From contig CAYQCW010000006.1 of the NCBI GenBank assembly GCA_964416155.1, positions 80,785 through 144,784 on the forward strand: a stretch of 64,000 bases of DNA, read 5' to 3'. Each line of letters begins with the position of its first letter. Positions within the stretch are counted from its first letter, which is position 1. Made by a program: the position numbers and the translations under genes. Below are positions 50,576 through 60,824 of the stretch, piece after piece. The notes below the pieces were generated by a model. The model made no database searches. It had not been told where the DNA came from and worked only from the letters and a program-made list of their open reading frames with translations. This DNA comes from an uncultured Nitrososphaerota archaeon. GTDB lineage: Archaea > Thermoproteota > EX4484-205 > JAAOZP01.

Positions 50576-51151
50576 CTAGGCTGTGCGGGGAGCTCCACAG
50601 TTAGGGCATTTCGATTCGCCTTCAGGGAAAATAGTCCCGCAGTATTTGCATGAAACAGTTGTCAATAATGCTTTTGGAACTTGAGATGATTGAGCAACCT
50701 GTATTTCAATTGCTCTACTTGTTGCGTCTGGACGACCATCCACTGCAACAACTCCTTTCAGACTCCATACTACAACTCTGTCAACACTTTTAAATGAAGG
50801 TTGTGTTCCAGGCGGAATAGGGATTTTAAATTGAAAGTTTTGAATAAAGCCTTCAGATATACGCATCGCCCCAATCAGCCGAGGCTTGGCTGAGAAAAGT
50901 ATTGCAGACTCCCAAACCTGCCGATCAACCTCTCTTTTAAGGGCTTCATCATAAACCCTTCTTATTTTGCGTACTCGCTCAACGCATTCAAGCTCACATC
51001 TGATCTCAGTACAATCAAACTCCTCTTGAGACTCCACTTGAACAACACCCTCCACAGCATCGCCAAGAACAAATAACGGTTTCTTCAGGGTTACGGATAC
51101 ATTGACCTTTGGAGAGGTAACCTTCTCCTTCAGCTTTCTGAATACACTCAT
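50576..51151 (-). CDS. Arrestin-N/SpoOM-like protein with C-terminal zinc ribbon
   Basis: Beta-sandwich pattern (GDAVEG..FKIPIP..PSF..WSLKG..GRPD); CKYC..CPNCG. Confidence 0.7.
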   Translation of the reverse strand: MSVFRKLKEKVTSPKVNVSVTLKKPLFVLGDAVEGVVQVESQEEFDCTEIRCELECVERVRKIRRVYDEALKREVDRQVWESAILFSAKPRLIGAMRISEGFIQNFQFKIPIPPGTQPSFKSVDRVVVWSLKGVVAVDGRPDATSRAIEIQVAQSSQVPKALLTTVSCKYCGTIFPEGESKCPNCGAPRTA

Positions 51152-51319
51152 CTTAAGAAGAGGTTTTCTTGGAAGATTTAAACTTTAAAGTTCCTCATCC
51201 TTCCCCCTGTAAAAATCCTAGATGCGTTCCCTTAGAAGTATTCTAACAGTTTCGTAAAGGAAGAAAACTGCTCCTAGAAACAAGATTAAAAGCGAGAAGA
51301 AGTAGCTTCAAGCCATTCC

Positions 51320-51874
51320 TTGTTTACAGCATCATTACCCGACATAGGTAATTCCCTATACGTCTTCTCAATAGCCTTTCTAGTCGCATCTAGGTTCAAC
51401 CCTTCTAAGCGAGAAGACTCGTTTAAAAATGGTGTTAAGCGGTTCTTAACTCAGCCGTATATTCTTTCAATAGCAATCGGTCTGGTTGCAAACATTTCGA
51501 AAATAGATTTACCTGAATTGGTTGCGGTCTTCACAAACATCGTCTCGTTTATCAACATTGTTATAATACTTATAGCATTAGGCGTGTTCATCAAGCTTCC
51601 GGTGAAAAAACTTATGCGGGAGATACTTGTGTCCGCAGCCGTTAAAATCCCGCTTGGAGGATTAGTTGGCTTAACATTCGCCAGCTTATTCTGCTTAACA
51701 CAGCAAGCATTGAAAGTCACATTGATCATAGCGTCTCTTCCACCTGCCTTCATGACTTTGATACATGCCAGCACTGAGAACCTAGATCTGGAGTTCGCCA
51801 CAATCCTGCTCGGCTCAATTCTCGCCATCGGGATCCCGATAATAGTTTTCTACGGTCTACTTTTCTCGGTTTAG
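51320..51874 (+). pseudogene. AEC-family (auxin efflux/malate permease-like) transporter, C-terminal half
   Basis: QPYILSIAIG..ALG..KI..ASLPPA; about half the usual length. Confidence 0.6.
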
Positions 51875-52031
51875 ATCATCTTTACCACATATAGCTGAAG
51901 ACAGTGAGAAACACTTATTCCCCTTTCTCGGTAAAGGGTATATGTAGAAGCAACAAGGGATTTAAGTGTAACGCTTGTTGAAAAACCCGTCCCATGCTGA
52001 ACCATAAAGGTTTTAAACAGTAGTCTTTTGG

Positions 52032-53717
52032 ATGGGGCAGAGCTTGTCATCCGCCAAGTTGGAGAAAACAAGCCTGTTTAGAAAAACAGGCCGGAGGATT
52101 ATTGTGTGGCTAGACAGGTTCTCCGAAAAAAGGGGGGCAGCATATTCAATTTATTTCGCTTCAATCATATTTTTCTTCGGAGTAATTCTACTCCCCTCCC
52201 TGCTGGGGATCCTGTTTAAAATTGATATGGTTCAAGAAGTTTTGTCAAACCCGGAGATGCTTGAAAAATCATTTTCAGCAATCTTCTCATCGATCATCAT
52301 GGCCACCATAGTTTCTGTTGTAGATGTGATCGCCGGGTTGCCGCTCGCCTGGATCATTGTTAAGAGAAGAAACCGTTGGATGACTATAGTAGATTCCCTT
52401 GCAGACCTTCCGATGATAATACCGACAGTGATACTCGGATACTCGACGCTCCTACTCTGGTGCAAAGATGCGCCTTTCTCAATAATCGGTTTCCCGAGTC
52501 TTTTACCAGGGTTCCTTACGGTTTTCCTTCTACACTTCTCCTTCTCCTACCCTGTGGTTGTAAGGGTTCTTGTAGGTAAGCTGATGGAGATTGACGCTAC
52601 TTACGAGATCGCGGCCAGAACACTTGGAGCATCCTCATGCACCGCCACTAGGACGATAAGCCTCCCGATGCTTAAATCAGGCATTATCGCATCCCTAATT
52701 CTCTCGTTTGCAAGATCTCTTTCAGAGACAGGGGCAACACTAATGGTTGCAGGAAGCTTTGAAAACGGGCCAGTCTTCATAAAAAGGTCCATAGATAGTG
52801 GACTGGTTTCTCCAATGGTTTTCGTCAGCCTTATGCTAATAGTTTTCTCGATACTAATACTCTTAGGATTAAGATTATTCGGCTTCAAATTGAGGATACC
52901 TTTTAGAAAAGCCTATAGGGTTGAGGCTTTTTTAAGCAGGAAGCCTGTTGCCTATGTTAGGGACTTATCCGCGTTAATCGTTTTCGTTCTTCTAGTTCTT
53001 CTTCCAGCATTATACATGGTTATCGCTAGACTGCCTTTAATGCTGGAGTCAGGTGTAATGGGGAAAATTTTTCTAGACGGTGGCGTATGGTCATCATACT
53101 GGGTCAGCGTCTGGAACTCGTATCTCATAGGTTTTCTAGCAACCTTAATCAATATTCTGTTCAGCCTACCTATGGCCATAGTAATCGCTAGAAACAGATT
53201 GGGGAGAAGTCTTTCAAAGCTTTTAGAAGCGTTAAGCAACACCTCCATAATAATGCCTTCTGTCGCCCTCGGCGTATCTATAGGATTATTCTGGGGAGTC
53301 TCCGGAATACCGGATTTCCTCCTAGTGCTTCTGGCACATCTCTGTATAACATACCCCTACATGGTTGCGACGATGGTTTCAGCTCTCGAAGATCTTCCAG
53401 TGGAGCTTGAGGAAGCAGGGAGGACTCTTGGAGGCACGCCTTTCACAGTCTTCAGGACAATCGTGCTTCCAGTAGCTAAATACTCATTTCTCTCTGGAGC
53501 AATCCTAACCTTCACCAGGAGTGTAAACGAGACAGGAGCTACACTAGCTGTTTCAAAAACCTTTAAAACAGTCTCGGTCTTGCTTGTCGAATGGGTTAAA
53601 TCCCCTGCAATGGGGGTTGAATCAAGCATTGGTACATTAATGCTAATGTTTTTCTCAATAATCTTTCTCGTGGTTTTCCGATACTTCTACTCTAGGGGAG
53701 GCGGCTCGGTTGCCTAG
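52032..53717 (+). CDS. ABC transporter permease, two fused TMDs (FbpB/ThiP/ModB-like)
   Basis: Two EAA loops (EIAARTLGAS, EEAGRTLGG) and two ETGAT motifs. Confidence 0.9.
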   Translation: MGQSLSSAKLEKTSLFRKTGRRIIVWLDRFSEKRGAAYSIYFASIIFFFGVILLPSLLGILFKIDMVQEVLSNPEMLEKSFSAIFSSIIMATIVSVVDVIAGLPLAWIIVKRRNRWMTIVDSLADLPMIIPTVILGYSTLLLWCKDAPFSIIGFPSLLPGFLTVFLLHFSFSYPVVVRVLVGKLMEIDATYEIAARTLGASSCTATRTISLPMLKSGIIASLILSFARSLSETGATLMVAGSFENGPVFIKRSIDSGLVSPMVFVSLMLIVFSILILLGLRLFGFKLRIPFRKAYRVEAFLSRKPVAYVRDLSALIVFVLLVLLPALYMVIARLPLMLESGVMGKIFLDGGVWSSYWVSVWNSYLIGFLATLINILFSLPMAIVIARNRLGRSLSKLLEALSNTSIIMPSVALGVSIGLFWGVSGIPDFLLVLLAHLCITYPYMVATMVSALEDLPVELEEAGRTLGGTPFTVFRTIVLPVAKYSFLSGAILTFTRSVNETGATLAVSKTFKTVSVLLVEWVKSPAMGVESSIGTLMLMFFSIIFLVVFRYFYSRGGGSVA

Positions 53718-54804
53718 AGTGGTCTTGGAAAAGATTTCGAAAAATTTTGAAAGAGTGGCTGCACTGGATAATGTCAGCCTGTCTTTTGAAGACGGAGATT
53801 ACAGCTGTATTCTAGGTCCAACTGGAAGCGGAAAGACAACTCTTCTTAAAGTCATAGCTGGCCTCGTGGAGCCGGATTCCGGCGACGTGTACATAGATGG
53901 TAAACGCGTCACCGGAGCCCCGCCTGAAACTAGGGGTGCAGTCTACATGCATCAACAGTATGCTCTGTTTCCACACCTGACTGTAAGCCAAAACATATCT
54001 TTCGGCCTCATTGCGAGAGGCGTGAACAAGAAGCTTATCGAGAAAAGGGTTTCAGAAGCTCTTGAAATAGTTAAGCTCAGTGAATGGGGTGACGCTTATC
54101 CAAGGGAGCTGAGCGGAGGAATGCAGCAGAGGGTTGCACTAGCCAGGTGCCTAGCCACCGGAGCACAACTCCTTCTACTGGATGAGCCCTTGGGTGCACT
54201 TGACGCTAGGCTTAGGCTAGAGGTTAGAGGCGAACTAGCAAGGATAGTGGATGAGCTTAATCTGACTGTGATTCATGTTACTCACGACCAGTCTGAAGCC
54301 ATGTCTCTTGCAGACAGGCTGATCCTCTTGAGGGATGGAAGAGTTGTTCAGACCGGTTCCCCTGAAGAGGTTTATTTTAACCCGAACAGCGTTTTCTCAG
54401 CATACTTCGTCGGGGAAAGTGTTTTCCTAGAAGGAGTTGTTACGAAGGCTGATGGAAGGCTTGTTTCAATAGAGCTTAGAAACGGCATGACGGTTGAAGC
54501 ATTATCCAGTGACAATTTTAGCCAGGGCGAGTTGACTGTAGCTGCCGTCAGATGCGAGGACATAATTGTTGGCGAGGGACCTTTAATGGGCTTACTTAAA
54601 GAGGTAAATTTTCTAGGCAGCTTCTCCAAGCTGACCTTCGAGCTTCCCGGAGGCTTAGAGATACCTGTGAATATTCCTCTATCAAAGTTCATTAAATCAG
54701 ACTTTAGAATCGGAATGGGCCTTCAATTGGCAATACCGAGAGACAGGGTTCGCGTTTTCAAATATCCGTATATGGGGTTAGCAAAGGAGATCGAGGCGGT
54801 TTAG
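53710..54804 (+). CDS. ABC ATPase with TOBE domain
   Basis: GPTGSGKT, LSGGMQQR, LLLDEP, VTHD. Confidence 0.93.
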   Translation: MPRVVLEKISKNFERVAALDNVSLSFEDGDYSCILGPTGSGKTTLLKVIAGLVEPDSGDVYIDGKRVTGAPPETRGAVYMHQQYALFPHLTVSQNISFGLIARGVNKKLIEKRVSEALEIVKLSEWGDAYPRELSGGMQQRVALARCLATGAQLLLLDEPLGALDARLRLEVRGELARIVDELNLTVIHVTHDQSEAMSLADRLILLRDGRVVQTGSPEEVYFNPNSVFSAYFVGESVFLEGVVTKADGRLVSIELRNGMTVEALSSDNFSQGELTVAAVRCEDIIVGEGPLMGLLKEVNFLGSFSKLTFELPGGLEIPVNIPLSKFIKSDFRIGMGLQLAIPRDRVRVFKYPYMGLAKEIEAV

Positions 54805-54806
54805 GA

Positions 54807-55892
54807 ATGACTAGTGTTAGAGCAGAGAAGATTACGAAGAAGTTCGGCGACTTCACCGCTCTTGAAGATGTTAAGATAAACGTGAATGACGGAGAATATG
54901 TTTCCATAATTGGTCCCTCAGGATGCGGTAAGACAACCCTGCTAAGGATAATTGCAGGCATAATAAGAGACTATGAAGGCCACGTCTACGTTGATGGCAA
55001 GCTTTTCGACGAGAAGCCGCTGGAAGAGAGGGGAATTGGATACGTATTTCAAAACATCGCGCTTTTCCCAAATATGAATATCGCTGGAAACGTGTCTTAC
55101 AGCCCTAGGGCTAAAGGCCTTAACTCAACCACGATAAGAACAATGACGCTGGAAATGCTTGAACTCATGAAGCTGACGGAACGCTACTACGATTATCCTG
55201 CAAGGTTGAGCGGAGGAATGCAGCAGAAAACAGCCCTTGCCAGAGCACTGGCTTCAGGAGCCCGGCTCCTACTCTTAGACGAGCCTCTTTCACTTCTAGA
55301 CTTGAAGGTTAGAACTGAGCTGAGGTATGAGCTTAGACGTATTGTTAAGGATCTTGGCTTAACCGCAATCCATGTGACTCATGACCAAGAGGAAGCGATG
55401 GCGATCTCGGATAGGATTATAATTATGAGGAGGGCCCGTATTGTGGAAGACGGTACTCCGTTAAGCCTTTACCTGAGACCTAATAAGATTTTTACAGCAT
55501 ATTTCCTGGGAGAGTCAAACGTTTTAGAGGGAGATGTTACTGAAGCTGATGGAGACTCGTTGACAGTAAACATTGGAGGAGTGTCGGTTAAGGCGAGGAA
55601 CACCGGCTTCCAGACAGGGGAGAAGGTCATCGTTATGGTTAGGCCTGAGCTTATTGAGCTTGGGGAGGAGGGTTTTGAGGGAAGGGTTTTGAAAAAACTG
55701 GTTGAAGGGGTTTTCAACAGGTTTACTCTAGATTTAAACGGTATTAAGATTATTGTTAAACAACCGTATTCAATGACTTCAAACATAAGCGAGGGTTCCA
55801 TGGTTAGGGTAAGGTTGCCGGAGGAGCATGTATTAGTGTACAAGTATCCGGAGAGAGGCTTATATAGTGAGATTTCACTTTATCAGTATTAG
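54807..55892 (+). CDS. ABC ATPase with TOBE domain (paralog)
   Basis: GPSGCGKT, LSGGMQQK, LLLDEP, VTHD. Confidence 0.93.
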   Translation: MTSVRAEKITKKFGDFTALEDVKINVNDGEYVSIIGPSGCGKTTLLRIIAGIIRDYEGHVYVDGKLFDEKPLEERGIGYVFQNIALFPNMNIAGNVSYSPRAKGLNSTTIRTMTLEMLELMKLTERYYDYPARLSGGMQQKTALARALASGARLLLLDEPLSLLDLKVRTELRYELRRIVKDLGLTAIHVTHDQEEAMAISDRIIIMRRARIVEDGTPLSLYLRPNKIFTAYFLGESNVLEGDVTEADGDSLTVNIGGVSVKARNTGFQTGEKVIVMVRPELIELGEEGFEGRVLKKLVEGVFNRFTLDLNGIKIIVKQPYSMTSNISEGSMVRVRLPEEHVLVYKYPERGLYSEISLYQY

Positions 55893-55894
55893 AA

Positions 55895-56581
55895 TTGGCG
55901 GCAAAGGACTTAGGAGAGTGGCTTAAGGACAGGAAGAAGCTGAAATCCTACGAGATGCTGGTTTCTCACGCAGATAAAGTTTTTCAGGTTGTCGACGAGC
56001 TTTTGAATCTTGTAAGAGCATCGATGAATGCTCAAAGCTCTAAGGTAGACACCATATACGCGAGACAAGAGCAGATGGAGAGGGATGCCGACTTCCTGAG
56101 AAGAAAGGTGATGGATGAGATTGCTAGAAGCGAGCTTCCACCAGATATGAAGAAGTATTTCATGGAGCTCTCTAGGGAGGTAGATATGGTTGCTGACTAT
56201 GCTCATGGGGCAGGCAGGATACTGTCATTTCTCCCCCTAAGTAACCTTGGGCAGGACATTAAGGAGAAGATAGAACACATGTGCATAAAGACTAGGGAGT
56301 GCGCCCTGGACCTTAGAGACGCCTTATCGGCAATACTTTCAAGAGAGTATAGGAGAGCAGTTAATTTAAGCGACAAGGTTGAGGATGATGAGAAGGAGGT
56401 TGACAAGCTTTACGTAGAGGCGAGAGGTCTTCTGTTAAGCGACAAGTACTCCGATATGGATCCCAGAATGGTCATATTTCTCTCAGAATTTTTCGAGGCG
56501 ATAGAGGAAACCTCAGACAGGTGCGAGGACTCCATAGACTATTTTAGAGTTCTATTGGTTGAACTCACTAAGCCGAAGTGA
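55895..56581 (+). CDS. DUF47/PhoU-like phosphate transport regulator
   Basis: ERDAD..D..D and EKEVD..E..DRCED repeats. Confidence 0.85.
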   Translation: MAAKDLGEWLKDRKKLKSYEMLVSHADKVFQVVDELLNLVRASMNAQSSKVDTIYARQEQMERDADFLRRKVMDEIARSELPPDMKKYFMELSREVDMVADYAHGAGRILSFLPLSNLGQDIKEKIEHMCIKTRECALDLRDALSAILSREYRRAVNLSDKVEDDEKEVDKLYVEARGLLLSDKYSDMDPRMVIFLSEFFEAIEETSDRCEDSIDYFRVLLVELTKPK

Positions 56582-56585
56582 CACG

Positions 56586-58141
56586 TTAAACCTTAATCTT
56601 CTTCACAACCCCTAGCCCTCTTGTTCTCCCTTCTCTAAAAATGAAGGTGTCTCCAACCCTAACATATTCAGGCCTCTTTATGAATTCGAATTCGACGAGA
56701 TCCGTATCCCCTGTCCTAAGGACTTCCTTCCTCATCCGGATTATTTTCGCAGCCTGTTTAACAGTCCTAGTCTGTATCACTGGCTCATACCCCACCATTA
56801 TTGTCGTAGGATGGTGAAGTATCCTCACCTCAGCGGTAAACCTTCTGACAGCATACGTTTTCGCCTCAACATCCAGCAGAACCATCCCCGTCCTAATCTC
56901 ATCGTAATCAACATTCGTTATGGCTAACGCGGCAATCTGGCCTGCACTAGCCTTTTCAACACGAACCCTGTTGACATGAATCGACTTAACCATCACCGTT
57001 CTGAAGGAGCCGTCGTCGAAAGGCCCGAGGAGAAGCATCTCATCCCTCTTAACGATCCCTTGTTCAACCAGCCCGCCTATAACGAGGCCGACACCCTCAA
57101 CGTAAAACTTCTCGTCGATGAAGCAAAGCGTCTCCATATCGGCTTTCTCAGACCAGTCTGTCTTAGGCGGCAGAGCGTTTAGGAAAACCTTAAGCTCAGG
57201 CAAACCCTGCCCAGCAATGTTTGAAACGAGGAATATGGGACAGACCCTTAGATGAGGGATTATCCTAGCAGCGAGCGACGCATCCCACTTGCTCTTTACG
57301 ATGAAAGGAATCTTGTTAACCCCAGGAAGCTTAAGAATTGATTCGACATCGCTAACAGTCTTCAATAAAACTTCCTCGGGAGTCATGTCGACCTTAGTCA
57401 CAGCCATGAAAACAGGTATTTTCAAGGCAACAGTTAGCCCAAGGTGCTCCCTGAAGGTCCCGATTGGACCAGCATTCCCCCCTACAACTATGCAAACGTA
57501 GTCAGGCAGGTTCCCCAATACCCCCCTTATCGTGGTCTTTAAATACTTCTCGTGTCCAGCGAGATCTATCAGGAAAACTATTTTAGAACCATTCAGAAAT
57601 ATTTTCGACTCGTCGTAGGAGCCGAGACCATCGTTAATAGACTCCCCTCTTGAGTCGAAGCCAAGAAGATGAATCGACACTGATGACGAGCGTCTCAGCG
57701 TAATCTCATGAAGATACTTGCAACCATGCTCATTGCAGCCCCGTTCTCATCATCCAGCTTGCCTGATACAAGAACCCCTTTCAACGTGGATTTACCTGAG
57801 TCAACGTTGCCCAGAAGGGCCACTGAAACCTGGATGTGAGGGAAGTCCACAGTCCTCCTCACAAGGATTTCGAAAACCTTCCCCCCTCTTACCCTTCTCC
57901 ACCCTAGTTACCATGTAGGAAGCACCTATCATCACAGTTATCTTATCCAGAGCTCTGAGTGATTCCTCAGCCTCCTCATCCGTTAGGCCAACCGTCTCAC
58001 CCTCGTCACTCACACCCAGCTCTTAGAAAGCCTCGCCCCTACCTTCGTTAAGCCTGTAGTTTAACTGGGTTACAAGCTGCTGCAGCCTCTTCTCATCACT
58101 AGCAGCAACTAGAAGCTTGTACTCTACGTTACCCTCCTCCT
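56586..58141 (-). pseudogene. Archaeal GTPBP1/2-type translational GTPase, disrupted
   Basis: EEGNVEYKL..RL.EGRGEAF*ELGV (TAA 58023-58025), GNVDSGKSTL, DLAGHEKY, TKVD, FREGRTRG; frameshifts near 57883 and 57718. Confidence 0.85.
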
Positions 58142-58320
58142 TCGACGTAGGATTCAGCCCCACCATAACTAATGTATCCTGTGTTATTGTTGTTGTCAGT
58201 GTCGAAATAAACAGTGAACCACCGATTCAATTTCCCGGTGTTGATGCTTGCTGTGGGAGTGCCTCTCACATCTATCCTCATGTAGAGATTGTCTGCATCG
58301 TTGGCAACGTAAATACTTGA
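58129..58320 (-). pseudogene. Fragment of an extracellular DOMON/carbohydrate-binding-like domain
   Basis: IYVANDADNLYMRID..VYFDTDNNNNTGY; runs into the GTPase 5' end. Confidence 0.45.
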
Positions 58321-58697
58321 AACCTCCAGTTCAGGAGGATTAATAGACCTTTCTTTAAACGTAATAACGCTTTTTAAGCGGGTTTTTCCCTTCTTAACGC
58401 AGGCTTTTATAAAGCGAAAAGTGGTCTATACTTGAATCGGTGGGAGCTTGCGTGACGATGAAGAACGGGTAGTGCTCCTCTTTCTCCTTTTTCAAACTTT
58501 TGGAGAAAAACTGCCAGGTGGTTGATTAACATTTATCCTGCCACTTGTAAAAAAAAAGACCAAACGGCCCCGCTGATGCCTTAGAATAAAGTTTTTTCTC
58601 TAAATGGTTCACGACAAGCCCGTTAAGAGAAGGTTTTGCTCAAATGCCTCAGCGATTTAACGGGTGCAAGGCGTTGCTGCGAACCCTAGCCATCCGA

Positions 58698-60824
58698 TTA
58701 TTCAAACCCTGAACCCTCGTTGCCTCCAACTACGTGAAACCCGGAAACCCTTCCATCGTCCAGCACTATAACCCTAGAGCCAGGTGGTTCCTCCACATCC
58801 ACGTGCGTTATGATTAAGAGCTGGTCGAAAAACCTTGTCAACTCGCCTGCAAGAAACCCTATGATCCTGTTTCTCCTATCAGCGTCAGATGAACCCAAGG
58901 GCTCGTCGAGTACTAGGAATCTCGGGTAAACACCTTTCGCACTTGGCAGTAGGGATAGTGTAAACGCTATTCGAAGCGCTAGGAGAAACTGGTCGTTCGT
59001 CCCGCCACTGTAGATATCTCTCCTCAGCCAACTTCCAGCCTCAGTGTCGTAGATCTCCACATCATACGTGCCCGGGTCAAGCCTCACCGCCTTATATCTC
59101 CCTCCGGTGAAATGAGAGACGGCCCAACTCATATATTCCTCCACGCTGGGGGCGAAGGCCTCCCGCATCGTTCTAGAGACCTCTTGCATAAGCTCCACGG
59201 ATCTTTTCCGAGCCTCGACCTCGAAGTTGATGCTCCCCAGTTCTCCAGATAGCCTCTCAGACTCTTTTTTAAGCGCATCCAGTTGAGCAACCTGCTTCTC
59301 TGCCTCCATTATTCTTCCCCTGAGCTCCTTTATAGATGCTTCGGCTCCAACCCTATTTTCATAAGCCTTCCTATATTTCTCAGCGTAATTTTGCCTAGCA
59401 TTCTCGACGACTTCATGCGAGTTCAAGTCTAAACCGGTAAAATGTTCAACAAGTTCCTCTGGAAAAGAAGGTAGGGAAATCGTCGAAAGCCTCTCCCTAG
59501 CTTCTGCAGCATACGACTTCAGCTCATCACGCTGTTTTCCCAGTTTCTCTATCCTGCTGGAAAGCATCTGCGCCTCCTCGTTAAGCCTCTTAAAATCATC
59601 CTCACTCTTCTTGAGAGCCTCGAAACCCAGTTTCAGACCAGCGAGTTCTCCCTCCACCCGGCTCCTCTTCTTGTAAAAATCTCCTCTCCGTCTGGCTTTA
59701 ACCACCACGCCACCTATACCTAAGAAAACTCCCATGGCTGTTAGCAGAAGAGATAAGGGTGTTAACAGGGTGAGCACAAGACCCCCAGCAATTAGGATTG
59801 AAGCCCCAGCCTTAGCCCATAAAGGTGTCTTAAGACTCTTCACGGCTTCAGCAATTCTGTTCATCTCACTCTCAAGTTGAAGCACCCTTTCTTTAACACC
59901 AAAGTATTCTGAAGACCTGGCCTTCAAGTTTTGAATATCTGCCTCCACTCTAGACTTCTCTTTTAAAGCATCGTTAAACTGCTCCTGTAAATCGACTAAT
60001 CTTTTCTCAACAATACTCAAGTCCTTCTCCAAACCATCCTTCTGTTTAAGGATGGTTGAAAGCTCCTCCAAGTATTCCACAGCTCTTCTTGAGAGACCCT
60101 CGTGCTTCAGACAATTTGGTAATTCCCGTTCGAGGCTGGCCAGCTTCTCTCGCCAAGACGATACATTCCTCTTCTGCTCCTCGAGGATGGCAATAGCCCT
60201 TTCGACTTCCTCCAGCCTGGCTTTAATAGTCTCAGCTCTACCCTGAAACGCCCTACGCTCCTCCTCAATCTTGTCCGTCGCCCTGTTGTAGGCCTCTAGA
60301 CCCATCATAAGGTTTACCACCCTCTCCCTGTCATCGCCCTTCATGCGGATTATTCGCTCAAGGTCTTTCTGCACAACAACGTTCGTCGTAAGCATCTCCC
60401 GCCATGAAACCCTGAGCAGTTTCGCGATCTGCTCATTAACACCACTCACAGTTGAAGCAACAAGCCTTTCACCATTCTCCGTTATTTCTATAAGTCTCGC
60501 CATGCTCTGCGATATGCTACCCCTTGTCCTCTCTAGACTCCTTTCAACCCTGTAGGTTTTCCCGTCAACCTCAAACTCCAGCTCCACTACTGCCCTCCGG
60601 GCATGATGGTTTATCACGTCCGAGTACCCTGCCTGGGGATTCCCCCGTAGGCTGCCAACTATCCTATAATCACCATAAACGCCGAATAATATTGCCTCGA
60701 TAAGCGTGGACTTCCCAGCTTCATTCCTACCTTTGACGAAGACCACTCCCCTTCCAAGCTCTAACGGCTCTTTTAAATCAAGCCTCCTGAAGTTCACCGC
60801 TCTAATGCGTCTTACTACTACCAT
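58698..60824 (-). CDS. rad50: Rad50/SbcC-like SMC ATPase lacking a zinc hook
   Basis: GRNEAGKS Walker A, Q-loop, coiled coil, YSGG signature, LVLDEP, ITH. Confidence 0.85.
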   Translation of the reverse strand: MVVVRRIRAVNFRRLDLKEPLELGRGVVFVKGRNEAGKSTLIEAILFGVYGDYRIVGSLRGNPQAGYSDVINHHARRAVVELEFEVDGKTYRVERSLERTRGSISQSMARLIEITENGERLVASTVSGVNEQIAKLLRVSWREMLTTNVVVQKDLERIIRMKGDDRERVVNLMMGLEAYNRATDKIEEERRAFQGRAETIKARLEEVERAIAILEEQKRNVSSWREKLASLERELPNCLKHEGLSRRAVEYLEELSTILKQKDGLEKDLSIVEKRLVDLQEQFNDALKEKSRVEADIQNLKARSSEYFGVKERVLQLESEMNRIAEAVKSLKTPLWAKAGASILIAGGLVLTLLTPLSLLLTAMGVFLGIGGVVVKARRRGDFYKKRSRVEGELAGLKLGFEALKKSEDDFKRLNEEAQMLSSRIEKLGKQRDELKSYAAEARERLSTISLPSFPEELVEHFTGLDLNSHEVVENARQNYAEKYRKAYENRVGAEASIKELRGRIMEAEKQVAQLDALKKESERLSGELGSINFEVEARKRSVELMQEVSRTMREAFAPSVEEYMSWAVSHFTGGRYKAVRLDPGTYDVEIYDTEAGSWLRRDIYSGGTNDQFLLALRIAFTLSLLPSAKGVYPRFLVLDEPLGSSDADRRNRIIGFLAGELTRFFDQLLIITHVDVEEPPGSRVIVLDDGRVSGFHVVGGNEGSGFE

